Below are positions 9,425 to 17,551 of a DNA stretch of 35,519 bases, one piece after another. The translations under genes and the position numbers were made by a program. The DNA is taken from positions 1 through 35,519 of the IMG/VR virus record IMGVR_UViG_3300020045_010913, one strand, 5' to 3'. Every line of letters begins with the position of its first letter. Position 1 is the stretch's first letter. This stretch comes from a virus. Lineage: Duplodnaviria; Caudoviricetes. Under the pieces are notes generated by a model. The model searched no databases and was not told the origin of the DNA. It saw nothing but the letters and a program-made list of their open reading frames with translations.

Positions 9425-9598
9425 TCAACTCCTGAAACTGTTGCACCGCTTGCAGGAGCCGAACCTATGCGCTTCTCTGGCCGACGCTTCCCGCTTGAAC
9501 CGCTGGCCGCATACCGTTACGGGCGCGCCCCGGAAGGCGTCGTGAATGCGCCCGTTGGGCCTCAGTACCACCTTAATAGTGTCAGCGGCGTGGGTCAT
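9425..9598 (-). CDS. Small H...CG...CxxC Zn-finger-like protein
   Basis: MTHAADT...IH...VCG...CKRC, with SD GGAGAG. Confidence 0.6.
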   Translation of the reverse strand: MTHAADTIKVVLRPNGRIHDAFRGAPVTVCGQRFKREASAREAHRFGSCKRCNSFRS

Positions 9599-9755
9599 TC
9601 TCTCTCCGGATCTTGCGCTCGTTCTCTTCGTGCATGGGGAAGTTCTGGGACGTGTCCTTCCAGTTAACTCCGCCCTTGCCATCCTCGAACAAGCACTCCT
9701 TCATGAGCGGCTTACGGGAGTCGCTCCGCCCGTCGCCCGTGCGCGCCTTGCTCAT
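9582..9755 (-). CDS. 57-aa charged hypothetical protein (not in ORF track)
   Basis: MSKARTGDGRSDSRKPLMKECLFED...DPRR, with an ATGA overlap and SD GAGG. Confidence 0.5.
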   Translation of the reverse strand: MSKARTGDGRSDSRKPLMKECLFEDGKGGVNWKDTSQNFPMHEENERKIRRENDPRR

Positions 9756-9916
9756 TTCGCCTCATGCTTTCCGGGACGATGCCGCCCCTTGTAGCCTCGC
9801 CCCACCAGACGCGAATCAACGATCCGCTCACCCCGCCTGTCCGGCGCGGGATTCGGGTCTGGCATTCGCTCACCCTTTCGGATCTTGTTGATGTCCTGTC
9901 GATCTTCGCGCCCCAT
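9752..9916 (-). CDS. 54-aa basic hypothetical protein
   Basis: MGREDRQDINKIRKGERM...; SD GGGGTGG; first ORF after the promoter at 9964-9992. Confidence 0.5.
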   Translation of the reverse strand: MGREDRQDINKIRKGERMPDPNPAPDRRGERIVDSRLVGRGYKGRHRPGKHEAK

Positions 9917-9963
9917 CGCCACCCCACTTTGTAGCGTTCCCATTGACTCGCCTTGCAATGAGA

Positions 9964-9992
9964 ACGCTACCCCGCGCGCTGCCGAACGTCAA
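9964..9992 (-). promoter_or_regulatory. Principal-sigma-type promoter embedded in two inverted repeats
   Basis: TTGACG-17 nt-TAGCGT on the minus strand. Confidence 0.65.
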
Positions 9993-10021
9993 CCTGTAAT
10001 TCGGCAGCGCGCGATTCGTGA

Positions 10022-10660
10022 TCACTTGGTGGGAGCGAGTCTTGAGGTGTGCGTCCACGTGCCGACGGTGCTGTGTCCAGGGATCATGACCCACCCGGGG
10101 CGACGGATCAGCGCGTTCAGGAGTTCCGCCGGAACCACGTCCTGGGGGAGTCGTCCATCCTCGAACACGTGGTAGCCGGCGTCGGTCAGGGACTGATCGA
10201 TGTGCTGGCTGCACATCATGTCCGCGCGGGTGGACATGTGCTTGATCAGCCACTGCTCCGTGAGGCGCATGCGGAACGCACCTGCCGCGAGCTTGACATA
10301 CGTGAGGAAGTTGTACGGCGTGCCGACGTAGTCAAGTGCGGCATTCGCGACGTCGCCGGCCTGATCGACGTCCTGATAGTCGGGCCGGACGTAAAGGTGC
10401 TTACTCGTGAAGTGCTTCAGTGGATCGAAGTCAACCATCTCGACGCCACCAGGCATCGCCTGAACCACGTATGACGCCTGCCCTCTCACGATCACACCGA
10501 CGTGACGAATCTCGAACCACGAACGGATTGAGCGGATCATGTGCCACCAGCGCCGGGTGAAGAACAGCAGGAGTTGCCCGATACCGACAGGCACTAATCC
10601 GGGAACCACTCCCCCGATCGGCCCGAACATGATGTCACCTGTCTTGAGTTCGCTGTTCAT
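10022..10660 (-). CDS. Permuted papain-like NlpC/P60 amidase (YiiX/YaeF-like)
   Basis: Motifs LKTGDIMF, HVGVIV..VVQAMPGGV, YVGTPYNF and MCSQ. The His precedes the Cys, which is the permuted order. Confidence 0.8.
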   Translation of the reverse strand: MNSELKTGDIMFGPIGGVVPGLVPVGIGQLLLFFTRRWWHMIRSIRSWFEIRHVGVIVRGQASYVVQAMPGGVEMVDFDPLKHFTSKHLYVRPDYQDVDQAGDVANAALDYVGTPYNFLTYVKLAAGAFRMRLTEQWLIKHMSTRADMMCSQHIDQSLTDAGYHVFEDGRLPQDVVPAELLNALIRRPGWVMIPGHSTVGTWTHTSRLAPTK

Positions 10661-10686
10661 TTTCCTGCCTCTTCCCTGTTGAAATG

Positions 10687-10720
10687 ACGAAAGGCGCATG
10701 CACGTGCATGCGCCTTTCGT
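10687..10720. terminator. 34-bp perfect palindrome, probable terminator
   Basis: ACGAAAGGCGCATGCAC|GTGCATGCGCCTTTCGT just after the stop of the SSB-like gene. Confidence 0.7.
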
Positions 10721-10735
10721 TACGATGTTTTGCTG

Positions 10736-11434
10736 TTACGCGGCGGTGATCCGAACCTGCCAGAACCACGGGGACGTCTGCACGCTCGGCTGTTCGCGCC
10801 GAACGCGGTTGACCATGATCGTTTTGCCGATCATGTCCTCATCGCTCGTGAGACTGACGCCGGACTGGCCTGCCAACTTGATCGCGTCCATGAGTGCGAG
10901 GCGCGAACTCATGACGGGTTCGCCCGGCTGGTGAACGCGGGGAGGCTTCACGGAACCCTGGACGAACCAGGCGCGCCGGCCGTCATCGCCGGGGATCTCC
11001 GCGTCGCGCTGATCCGTCTGAACGCTGATGACCAGGTTCATCACCGGATCGTTGGGGCGACCTGTAGCCGGATCGACGGCGGCGATACCGGGCCCACGCT
11101 TGCCCGTGGTCGGATCGGTACACCAGTACTGCTTCAGTCGGGACTTCCTGTCGGGCGAGGCGGTGGGGTGGCAGGTGGACTGCACGTCCTTCGGGGGAGC
11201 GATGATCGTCCCCCGGATCACGGTGCCGGGAGCGTGCGCCAGGGTGAACATGCTGGGCAGCGTCTCGGTCGACGGGCCGAACAGGCTCGACTGTTTCGCC
11301 GGTTCCGGTGCGTACCCCTCGCTGAGCGAGCTGCCGGCGGGGGCCGGGTTGCCGTACCCCTGAACGAGCTCGTCACGGACGGGGGTGGAGGTGGGAGCGA
11401 TGGAGGCCGCGCCCCACGGGTCTGCCTGAGTCAT
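10736..11434 (-). CDS. Phage single-stranded DNA-binding-like protein
   Basis: PGTVIRGTI...LVISVQTDQRD..IPGDDGRR..FV pattern, as in actinophage SSB-like proteins. Near the nuclease and helicase. Confidence 0.6.
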   Translation of the reverse strand: MTQADPWGAASIAPTSTPVRDELVQGYGNPAPAGSSLSEGYAPEPAKQSSLFGPSTETLPSMFTLAHAPGTVIRGTIIAPPKDVQSTCHPTASPDRKSRLKQYWCTDPTTGKRGPGIAAVDPATGRPNDPVMNLVISVQTDQRDAEIPGDDGRRAWFVQGSVKPPRVHQPGEPVMSSRLALMDAIKLAGQSGVSLTSDEDMIGKTIMVNRVRREQPSVQTSPWFWQVRITAA

Positions 11435-11473
11435 TCTGTTTCTCGTTTCTGTCGTTTCTATCGTGACGTTTTG

Positions 11474-11501
11474 ATTATAGCATGAGGAGCGATGCTCCTC
11501 A
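11474..11501 (-). promoter_or_regulatory. Hairpin followed by extended -10 TGCTATAAT
   Basis: TGAGGAGC-ATC-GCTCCTCA then TGCTATAAT on the minus strand. Confidence 0.6.
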
Positions 11502-11753
11502 CTGTTCTGGTGCGGTCCATCCGATGCCGGTGAGCAGGTCGGCGAGTTCGGGCCGAACCCTGACCGCGGTTTCGCCACTGTACTCGAACAGCTTGTACGG
11601 CAGGACGCTAAGGGTGAGTTGTCCTACCTCGCCAGCTTTGACGTCGATGCTGAATTCGGAAACGTGGCAGGCAATGTTTTTGCCGTCGATCTCGATGTCG
11701 GTTTTGGCTATACCGAAAACGCCGTCGCTGACGATTCGGACGGACTTGGTCAT
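11499..11753 (-). CDS. Hypothetical protein (84 aa)
   Basis: MTKSVRIVSDG...IEIDG; SD GAAGGGA; bracketed by mirror-image hairpins. Confidence 0.65.
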   Translation of the reverse strand: MTKSVRIVSDGVFGIAKTDIEIDGKNIACHVSEFSIDVKAGEVGQLTLSVLPYKLFEYSGETAVRVRPELADLLTGIGWTAPEQ

Positions 11754-11794
11754 GTCGATCCCTTCTGAGAAGAGGAGCATCGCTCCTCGGTTCC

Positions 11795-11863
11795 GTGCGC
11801 GAGCGGGATTTGATACCCGCACATTGACGCTCTGCGCCAATCTTCTCATTAAACTATCGCGCC
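11795..11863 (-). ncRNA. Degenerate tRNA-like element
   Basis: GCGCGA/TCGCGC acceptor stem, TAGTTTAATG D-like region, TTGGC/GTCAA stem with loop GCAGAGC, and GCGGG/CCCGC T-stem with an 8-nt TATCAAAT loop. Confidence 0.5.
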
Positions 11864-11919
11864 ACATCGTCCGCTAAAACGATGCCCTGTTCGCGCATGA
11901 TCAGTGCGCGAACAAACCG

Positions 11920-11991
11920 TGCCCCGGCGTGGATTCGAACCACGATCTATCGACTCAACATCGATCGCACTGCCTCTTGTGCTACCGGGTC
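11920..11991 (-). tRNA. tRNA or tRNA-like RNA, nominal anticodon TTG (Gln), non-canonical G33
   Basis: 72-nt cloverleaf GACCCGG TA GCAC AAGAGGCA GTGC G ATCGA TGTTGAG TCGAT AGAT CGTGG TTCGAAT CCACG CCGGGGC A. No encoded CCA. Confidence 0.75.
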
Positions 11992-12081
11992 TTCAGCGCG
12001 CCGCACGAGGGCCCTTCCCGTGGATCTCGTGCGGCGTACCGATTGTCGAGATCCGATTTCTCGCTCCCAACAAAGTCCACG

Positions 12082-13023
12082 CTACCTTGGTTCGCGCCAC
12101 ACCGCAAGTTCGCGCGCGGCCTTACTTTTGCCGAAAGATCGCGCATCCGTGATATCGCGTGCAAGCTCAGCCCACCTCAGGCCGATCATCAGATCAACAC
12201 GTTCGAGGTACGGCTTGCCGCCGTCGCTGGGCATGCGCAACAGGATGCCGACCTCCTGATCGACGTGATGCGCAGGGCCGTCGACGTACCCGTCCCGCTC
12301 GTCATTCAGCATGTACTCCGCCGTTGCATAGACGGCCTGCTGAATCCACGTCTCCACCCATGAGTAGAACGGAGTGCGCTTGGTCTTCAGGTCTGCCATG
12401 TACAGCCGGCCTGTCACTTCCGACATGAGGATGTCGTCATAACGCCCTGATGCGTTCAGTGCCACGTTGCGCACCACGCGTTCCTGAAGGCCGGGGACAC
12501 GCACGAGGTGATTGTCGGCCAGCAACGACTCCAGTACCAGGATTTCCGCGTTGATCGCCGGAGTACCGAACAGGCCACCAGTCTTCGCACGCGCTTCCCA
12601 TACATCGTGACGATTGGTTCCCATCGTGGACGCCTGGTATGCACCAACGCTAGTCTTCGCCTGCTTATGCAGATCGAGCAAGATCGCCTTAAGCGCAACG
12701 CCTGCCTTGCTCTCGCCCAGTTTCGTCACGTCTGCGCCGTTCGCGATGGCGAGGTTTACCTCAAACACGAGGCGCTCGAACAGTTCGGGACGTCGAGCGA
12801 GCCCCATTTGGGTACGCTCCCTCTCCCAGACGGACAGGGAGCGAGAATCCACGAACGCACCGGCGAGGTTCGTTGCGCTCATGATGCCGTACGGGACCCA
12901 GTTGCCGCCGGACTTCGTGCCGAGCTCACCAGGCAACAAGGGCATGTGATACCGCTCGTTGTATCTCTTGCCGAATTCCTTCGCGGGCTCGTCTTGCGGC
13001 GGACTGAACAGACTGCTCGACAT
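12082..13023 (-). CDS. PD-(D/E)XK exonuclease (Cas4/RecB-like phage recombination nuclease)
   Basis: Motifs GTNRH, E-RVV, GRYDDI, ADLKT and QQAVYA. Confidence 0.85.
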   Translation of the reverse strand: MSSSLFSPPQDEPAKEFGKRYNERYHMPLLPGELGTKSGGNWVPYGIMSATNLAGAFVDSRSLSVWERERTQMGLARRPELFERLVFEVNLAIANGADVTKLGESKAGVALKAILLDLHKQAKTSVGAYQASTMGTNRHDVWEARAKTGGLFGTPAINAEILVLESLLADNHLVRVPGLQERVVRNVALNASGRYDDILMSEVTGRLYMADLKTKRTPFYSWVETWIQQAVYATAEYMLNDERDGYVDGPAHHVDQEVGILLRMPSDGGKPYLERVDLMIGLRWAELARDITDARSFGKSKAARELAVWREPR

Positions 13024-13055
13024 GAGTTGATCGCCCCTCGATTGATTGAGCTGTG

Positions 13056-13103
13056 ATTATAGCACGAGGGACGCGAAGCTGATTAGCTTCGCGTCCCTCG
13101 TGC
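13056..13103 (-). promoter_or_regulatory. 19-bp-stem hairpin overlapping extended -10 TGCTATAAT
   Basis: GCACGAGGGACGCGAAGCT-GATT-AGCTTCGCGTCCCTCGTGC (13062-13103), with TATAAT at 13061-13056. Confidence 0.7.
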
Positions 13104-13118
13104 CGTGCTGTTCGTGCC

Positions 13119-13481
13119 CTACTTTCCGGCGCGACGATCCCAGAATTTGACGATGTACTCGAACTCGCCGCCGTCGTCGAGCTGCTCGATCGACATGCCG
13201 ATCGAGTACGGCTCAGCCGCACCATCGAGCTCCGCCAGGTCCTTGCCGGCCCGAGTGAGAAAGCGCCGCGTGCGGGACTTGCGCTGAGCGAGTGTTTCGC
13301 CTCGCTCAGTGTTCAGGTTGAACGGCGCGCCCTTGTAGACAGGCGCGCCGTTCTCGTCAGTCTTGCCGCAGACGAGACGAACGCCATCCACGAACGGGTT
13401 CGGCTCTCGCCGACGCCCACCACCACGACTGACGGTACGCTTCGCGGGCTCGACATCGACAAAGCCGTAGGTCTCTTCCAT
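13119..13481 (-). CDS. Hypothetical protein (120 aa)
   Basis: MEETYGFVDV..., with SD AGGAGAG. Confidence 0.65.
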   Translation of the reverse strand: MEETYGFVDVEPAKRTVSRGGGRRREPNPFVDGVRLVCGKTDENGAPVYKGAPFNLNTERGETLAQRKSRTRRFLTRAGKDLAELDGAAEPYSIGMSIEQLDDGGEFEYIVKFWDRRAGK

Positions 13482-13503
13482 TGGTGCTCTCCTAGATCGC
13501 GTG

Positions 13504-15294
13504 TCAGCTATTGTTTGATTGTTGCACGTTCGCACGGACTTTCGCAACAATACCGTCGATGCGGAGCGCCGCTTGCGCTGAGTCGATCGCCTCGCTGAGT
13601 TGTCCCGCGTTCATCGCTCCCGGCTCGATGCCGTACTTGAACTGTGCGAGGCGCTTCTGTGCCTCGCTGGGTTCACGCGTGCGCCACGCTGAGCGGCGAG
13701 AAGCGAGACTCTTGGAGCCGTACCCGCCTTCCTCATCGACACACGCCTCTGCGCGTGCGATCGCCTGATCGAGCGGAAGCGCGAAGCTCACCCCGCGAAT
13801 CCACGGCGGACGCTTGTCGTACCTGACGTTGTACGCCTCGTTCTTGCTGCACAGCACCACGTCGAACCTGTCGTGAACGGGCTGAGTCGTTGCGGACTCG
13901 GCGACAAACGCGAACGCATCGCCGCCGACGACGGTGTACTTGACTCCGCCGGGGGTCTCGCCCCACACATACGACCGCCCGAGAGGGTCGAACGTCTTCG
14001 TGGTGACCGGGCCCGCGTACTCATCGGACTCGAACTCGTAGCTCGCACCCGCGCGCTGCGCCTCGATCTCCTGCTCGATCTCCTGTTCCAGCATTTCGTC
14101 AAGCTCACTGAGCGTAGCTTCGGGATGTTCCTCGTGCAGCTCTTTCAGCTTGCGCTCCGGGGAGAGGTCAATGACGGAACGCAGTCCGTTGATCTCGCTC
14201 GCACCCGTGACATCCATGAGCAGGCAGGGGCGCTGCACAACGTCGGCAGGGAGACTGTGATCCTTGCGCAGTCCACGGCCCACCATCTGCGGATAGAGCA
14301 CGGGGGACTTCGTCGGACGCCCGATGACGATGGCCTCGATGGAAGGCTCGTCAAATCCCTCAGTGAGAACCATGGCGTTGTGAACGACTTGAATCGCGCC
14401 GGACCTGAGATCGTCGAGAACGCGCACACGCTCCGCGTGGTGCATGGCGCCATGCACCACGCCCGAGGGGATGCCGGCCTCGTTGAAGACTTCCGCCGCG
14501 TGCTGAGCTGTGGCTACCAGCGGCCAGAACGCGATGCCCTTGCGATCGCTGGCGAGCTTGACGTACTGAGCGGCGATTGTCTCGATGGCGAACGAGCGTT
14601 CCAGCTCTTCCGCTAGCGCGGACTCGCTATAGTCCCCGCCGGACATCTTGACGCCCCTGAGGTTCAGGTCATCGACGATGACCCGTTCACCCTGAACATC
14701 CAGGAGGTACCCGTTACGGATACCGAACAGGATGTCACGGGAGAATGTGCAGTCCTGCCACACCGTGCTCAGTTTGGCCTTGTCCCCCCGGATCAGGGTG
14801 GCGGTGAAGCCAGCGACGATCGCTTGCGGCGTGAACTCCTTCTCTTCTTGATCCTGTTCGGGAAGCGCCGCGAAGTGACGCAGAATCTTGCCGTAGGTGT
14901 TGGTGGACACCGCGTGGTGGCACTCGTCGATGACGATCAACCCAACACGCTTGATCATGTTGCGGCGTTTCTCACTGGCGAGAGTCTGACGGGAAGAGAT
15001 GACGACGTCCGCCGTCGCGTTGTTCATGGCGCCCTTGACGATGCCGACTCGACGGTGAGGCATCCTCTGACGCGCGCGTTTCGCCGCCTGCTCGATCAGC
15101 TCGTTGGTGTGCGCCACCACCAGGACGCGCTTACCAGGGTTGTCCGCCATCCATTCATCGATCAGCGCAATGAAGATCTCCGTCTTGCCCAGGCCCGTAG
15201 CCGCCACCACGGGCACGCGGACGGCACCTGCCGCGAAGCGCGCACGCGTATCGTCGATCGCCTCGCGTTGGTAGTCGTACAACTTGAACGCCAT
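13504..15294 (-). CDS. SF2 DExH-box DNA helicase
   Basis: Motifs LYDYQ, ATGLGKT, DECHH, TAT, LTEGFD and QMVGRGLR. Confidence 0.95.
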   Translation of the reverse strand: MAFKLYDYQREAIDDTRARFAAGAVRVPVVAATGLGKTEIFIALIDEWMADNPGKRVLVVAHTNELIEQAAKRARQRMPHRRVGIVKGAMNNATADVVISSRQTLASEKRRNMIKRVGLIVIDECHHAVSTNTYGKILRHFAALPEQDQEEKEFTPQAIVAGFTATLIRGDKAKLSTVWQDCTFSRDILFGIRNGYLLDVQGERVIVDDLNLRGVKMSGGDYSESALAEELERSFAIETIAAQYVKLASDRKGIAFWPLVATAQHAAEVFNEAGIPSGVVHGAMHHAERVRVLDDLRSGAIQVVHNAMVLTEGFDEPSIEAIVIGRPTKSPVLYPQMVGRGLRKDHSLPADVVQRPCLLMDVTGASEINGLRSVIDLSPERKLKELHEEHPEATLSELDEMLEQEIEQEIEAQRAGASYEFESDEYAGPVTTKTFDPLGRSYVWGETPGGVKYTVVGGDAFAFVAESATTQPVHDRFDVVLCSKNEAYNVRYDKRPPWIRGVSFALPLDQAIARAEACVDEEGGYGSKSLASRRSAWRTREPSEAQKRLAQFKYGIEPGAMNAGQLSEAIDSAQAALRIDGIVAKVRANVQQSNNS

Positions 15295-15336
15295 AGTTGC
15301 CTCGCCAATCTTGCGCGCCTGATTGCTTGAGTCTCT

Positions 15337-15389
15337 ATTCTAGCACACGAAAAACGCGCACGATCGGCGAGTTGCCGATCGTGCGCGTT
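15337..15389 (-). terminator. Terminator hairpin with T-tract, then extended -10 TGCTAGAAT
   Basis: 16-bp stem at 15353-15389, a T run on the minus strand, and TAGAAT at 15342-15337. Confidence 0.7.
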
Positions 15390-15399
15390 GACTGGATTC

Positions 15400-15639
15400 C
15401 TAGCTCGTCCTCTTCCATCGGACAATCTCTGTGCCCTGGACGGGTTCCCACCCCGGCCGGCATGTCTCGACGCGGACGCGGACGACGCGTCGAGACAGCA
15501 GGCTATTTCGCGCCGCCATCGCCGGCCCGCGCGTCGAGTATGGGCCGGCCCAGTTGATCGCGTTGCCGTCGACGTCGTACCCAACGGCGCTGAACATCTC
15601 AGCCCCTGGGCCGACATAGCCGCGAGCTCGGCTACTCAT
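15400..15639 (-). CDS. Hypothetical protein (GPY..RGPA motif)
   Basis: SD GAGGA and overlap coupling with the upstream gene. Confidence 0.55.
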   Translation of the reverse strand: MSSRARGYVGPGAEMFSAVGYDVDGNAINWAGPYSTRGPAMAARNSLLSRRVVRVRVETCRPGWEPVQGTEIVRWKRTS

Positions 15640-15844
15640 CGATGTCATCCTCGATCGCGCGGTACCACGAGGGTGCACAGCTGTAAATCGAAACCTTCCA
15701 GCCCTGCCCGCGCATACGCGTGGCGTATGCGCGGGCGTGCGGCTTGTTCGCATAGGTCTTGCTGGGCGGGCACTCGACGTCCATGGGGAGCTCAGGCTGA
15801 GGGTCGGCGACCTCCACCCTCCACAGCATGATCGGCAGGCTCAT
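15632..15844 (-). CDS. Hypothetical protein (70 aa)
   Basis: ATGA overlap within the operon. Confidence 0.6.
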   Translation of the reverse strand: MSLPIMLWRVEVADPQPELPMDVECPPSKTYANKPHARAYATRMRGQGWKVSIYSCAPSWYRAIEDDIDE

Positions 15845-16005
15845 CGCGAACCACCCTGTCCCGTGCTCCTGCTGATGACGTTCTTCGTCACACCGTGACG
15901 ACCGTGCACCAGCTCAGTGTTGCTCCGTGTCTTGCACTGCGTTGCTGGAATCCTCTTGTCGTCCTGACGCCTGTCGCCTTCAGTCATCGCGTCTCGTTTC
16001 TTCAT
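15841..16005 (-). CDS. 54-aa charged protein, leaderless (not in ORF track)
   Basis: MKKRDAMTEGDRRQDDKR...; preceded by TTGCGA-17-TAGAAT-6-ATG; stop overlaps the next ATG. Confidence 0.55.
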   Translation of the reverse strand: MKKRDAMTEGDRRQDDKRIPATQCKTRSNTELVHGRHGVTKNVISRSTGQGGSR

Positions 16006-16014
16006 GTCTCGATT

Positions 16015-16518
16015 CTAGCTGTCGTGATTCTTGATCGCAACCCTGGCGCTCCATCCACCGCAAGCCTCAATCGCGCGCCACCCCGCCGCGTCCGTGCGGA
16101 TCTCGATGGGAAAATCGGCCAGCATCCCGTCAGCCGGCGTGATCGGCGACCCACCAGCGAGCGGCTCGATAGTGATCTTGCGACAGGTGCGCGTGAGCAG
16201 GTGATCACCGGGCCGGTACTGCGCGTTCGTCCCACCTCGCACGTCATCGACATGCCACGTCAGGACGGGGCCCACGAACGTCACAGTGCCGGCCGCACTG
16301 ACGTCCGACCCTTCAGGACGAATCACGTCCCCCTTGATGACGTCGGCGATCGTCGCGCGCACCCAGATCGCCTCCACCACTTGAACGACCTCGATGCCCA
16401 GTGCCTCAGCGAACGCCAGTAGCGCGCGATCGCTGAGTACAACCTCATCGGGCGACGCCTCAGCCGCACCGAACGCCGCATTCGACGCTCGATCGAACTG
16501 TGATTGCGTGATCCTCAT
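16015..16518 (-). CDS. Hypothetical protein (167 aa)
   Basis: ATGA overlap with the LuxR-type gene. Confidence 0.7.
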   Translation of the reverse strand: MRITQSQFDRASNAAFGAAEASPDEVVLSDRALLAFAEALGIEVVQVVEAIWVRATIADVIKGDVIRPEGSDVSAAGTVTFVGPVLTWHVDDVRGGTNAQYRPGDHLLTRTCRKITIEPLAGGSPITPADGMLADFPIEIRTDAAGWRAIEACGGWSARVAIKNHDS

Positions 16519-16742
16519 CCGAGAAGCCCCTTCCTGTAGGCGATGGACACGGCGTGCGCCCTGTTCGTCGCGTCAAGCTTGCTGAGAATGTCGCGCACGT
16601 GACGCTTCGCGGTAGTCTCCCCGATCTGCAGAACGCGCGCGATGCCCTTGTCCGTGTGACCATCGGCCAGAAGCGCAAGCGTGTCCAGCTGGCGAGGTGA
16701 CAGCTCGTTCTTTCCCATGTGCCGGTATCCGACGTCCCTCAT
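16515..16742 (-). CDS. Stand-alone LuxR-type HTH DNA-binding protein
   Basis: LSPRQLDTLALLADGHTDKGIARVLQIGETTAKRHVRDILSKLDATNRAHAV; SD GGAGG. Confidence 0.9.
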   Translation of the reverse strand: MRDVGYRHMGKNELSPRQLDTLALLADGHTDKGIARVLQIGETTAKRHVRDILSKLDATNRAHAVSIAYRKGLLG

Positions 16743-17089
16743 GTGAACCTCCACTGCTTCATCTCCTGCTCACGCTGCGGTGAGCGAATACGCTGCAACA
16801 CCAGTCGGTACCCCAGAGGCGCCGTCCATTCAGTGCCGTCCGCGAACTCCAGCACGAACCCGTCCGCGTAGCCGACGCCTTCCTCTTGCGGCCATCCCGG
16901 CGTGAGCGCGCGCGCCACGGACACCTCTTGCACCGTCGCCACCCTCCTGCCCACGACGGGAGCAGACCAACGCACGGGAATCTTGCTGCGCCACGGGAGC
17001 AGAGCAAGACGAACCTGCCACCCGCGTCCCAGAGAAACCCTCTCGGTGCGCGCAGCACCCGCGATCCACATACGCCGCTGAGGTCTCAT
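16739..17089 (-). CDS. Hypothetical protein (116 aa)
   Basis: ATGA overlaps at both ends. Confidence 0.6.
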   Translation of the reverse strand: MRPQRRMWIAGAARTERVSLGRGWQVRLALLPWRSKIPVRWSAPVVGRRVATVQEVSVARALTPGWPQEEGVGYADGFVLEFADGTEWTAPLGYRLVLQRIRSPQREQEMKQWRFT

Positions 17090-17433
17090 CGCGTACCCAT
17101 GTACGTGTTCATGAGTTTCACGACGAACGCATCGACGTGCTCCCGATGTCCACGGTGGCAGTGTCCACCCTTGTTACAGCGCGCGTAGCTTCCGACCTCC
17201 TTCAGGCACACTTCACGCCGGCCTACGTAGGCATCGTGCACGCACATCGGAATCTCGGCACGGTATCCAGAGTGCGTCGTCACGACGTAACGAGTCGTGC
17301 CGACCTGTTCGACATCGACCCATCCGATGATCTTTTTTGCGCGTACGATGTCGCTCCTGCTCACCATCGCACCAACATACTCCGTCAAAACCTTAAGGCG
17401 CAACTTGCTGACGTGAAGCTGAGGCGCGCACAT
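17086..17433 (-). CDS. Hypothetical Cys/His-rich protein
   Basis: First gene of the leftward arm, with a C..C...H.G.H motif. Start uncertain. Confidence 0.55.
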   Translation of the reverse strand: MCAPQLHVSKLRLKVLTEYVGAMVSRSDIVRAKKIIGWVDVEQVGTTRYVVTTHSGYRAEIPMCVHDAYVGRREVCLKEVGSYARCNKGGHCHRGHREHVDAFVVKLMNTYMGTR

Positions 17434-17482
17434 AAGTGATGGTGTAACGTGCTGTAAGCAACAGAAACAACAGGAAGACAGC

Positions 17483-17514
17483 GAGGGTTGGTAGCGCTAG
17501 CGCTACCAACCCTC
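17483..17514. promoter_or_regulatory. 32-bp perfect palindrome at the divergence point
   Basis: GAGGGTTGGTAGCGCT|AGCGCTACCAACCCTC between divergent genes. Confidence 0.65.
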
Positions 17515-17551
17515 AGACGTCGGACAGACGCGAACGGGAGCATAACAGAAT

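Noticed and set aside
11920-11991. tRNA as an attB/attP prophage boundary
   Set aside because: No adjacent integrase or duplicated 3' tRNA fragment, and phage genes continue on both sides.
12082-13023. Cas4-like nuclease as evidence of CRISPR-Cas
   Set aside because: No other cas genes or array, and no Fe-S Cys cluster. The context with SSB-like protein and helicase fits phage recombination.
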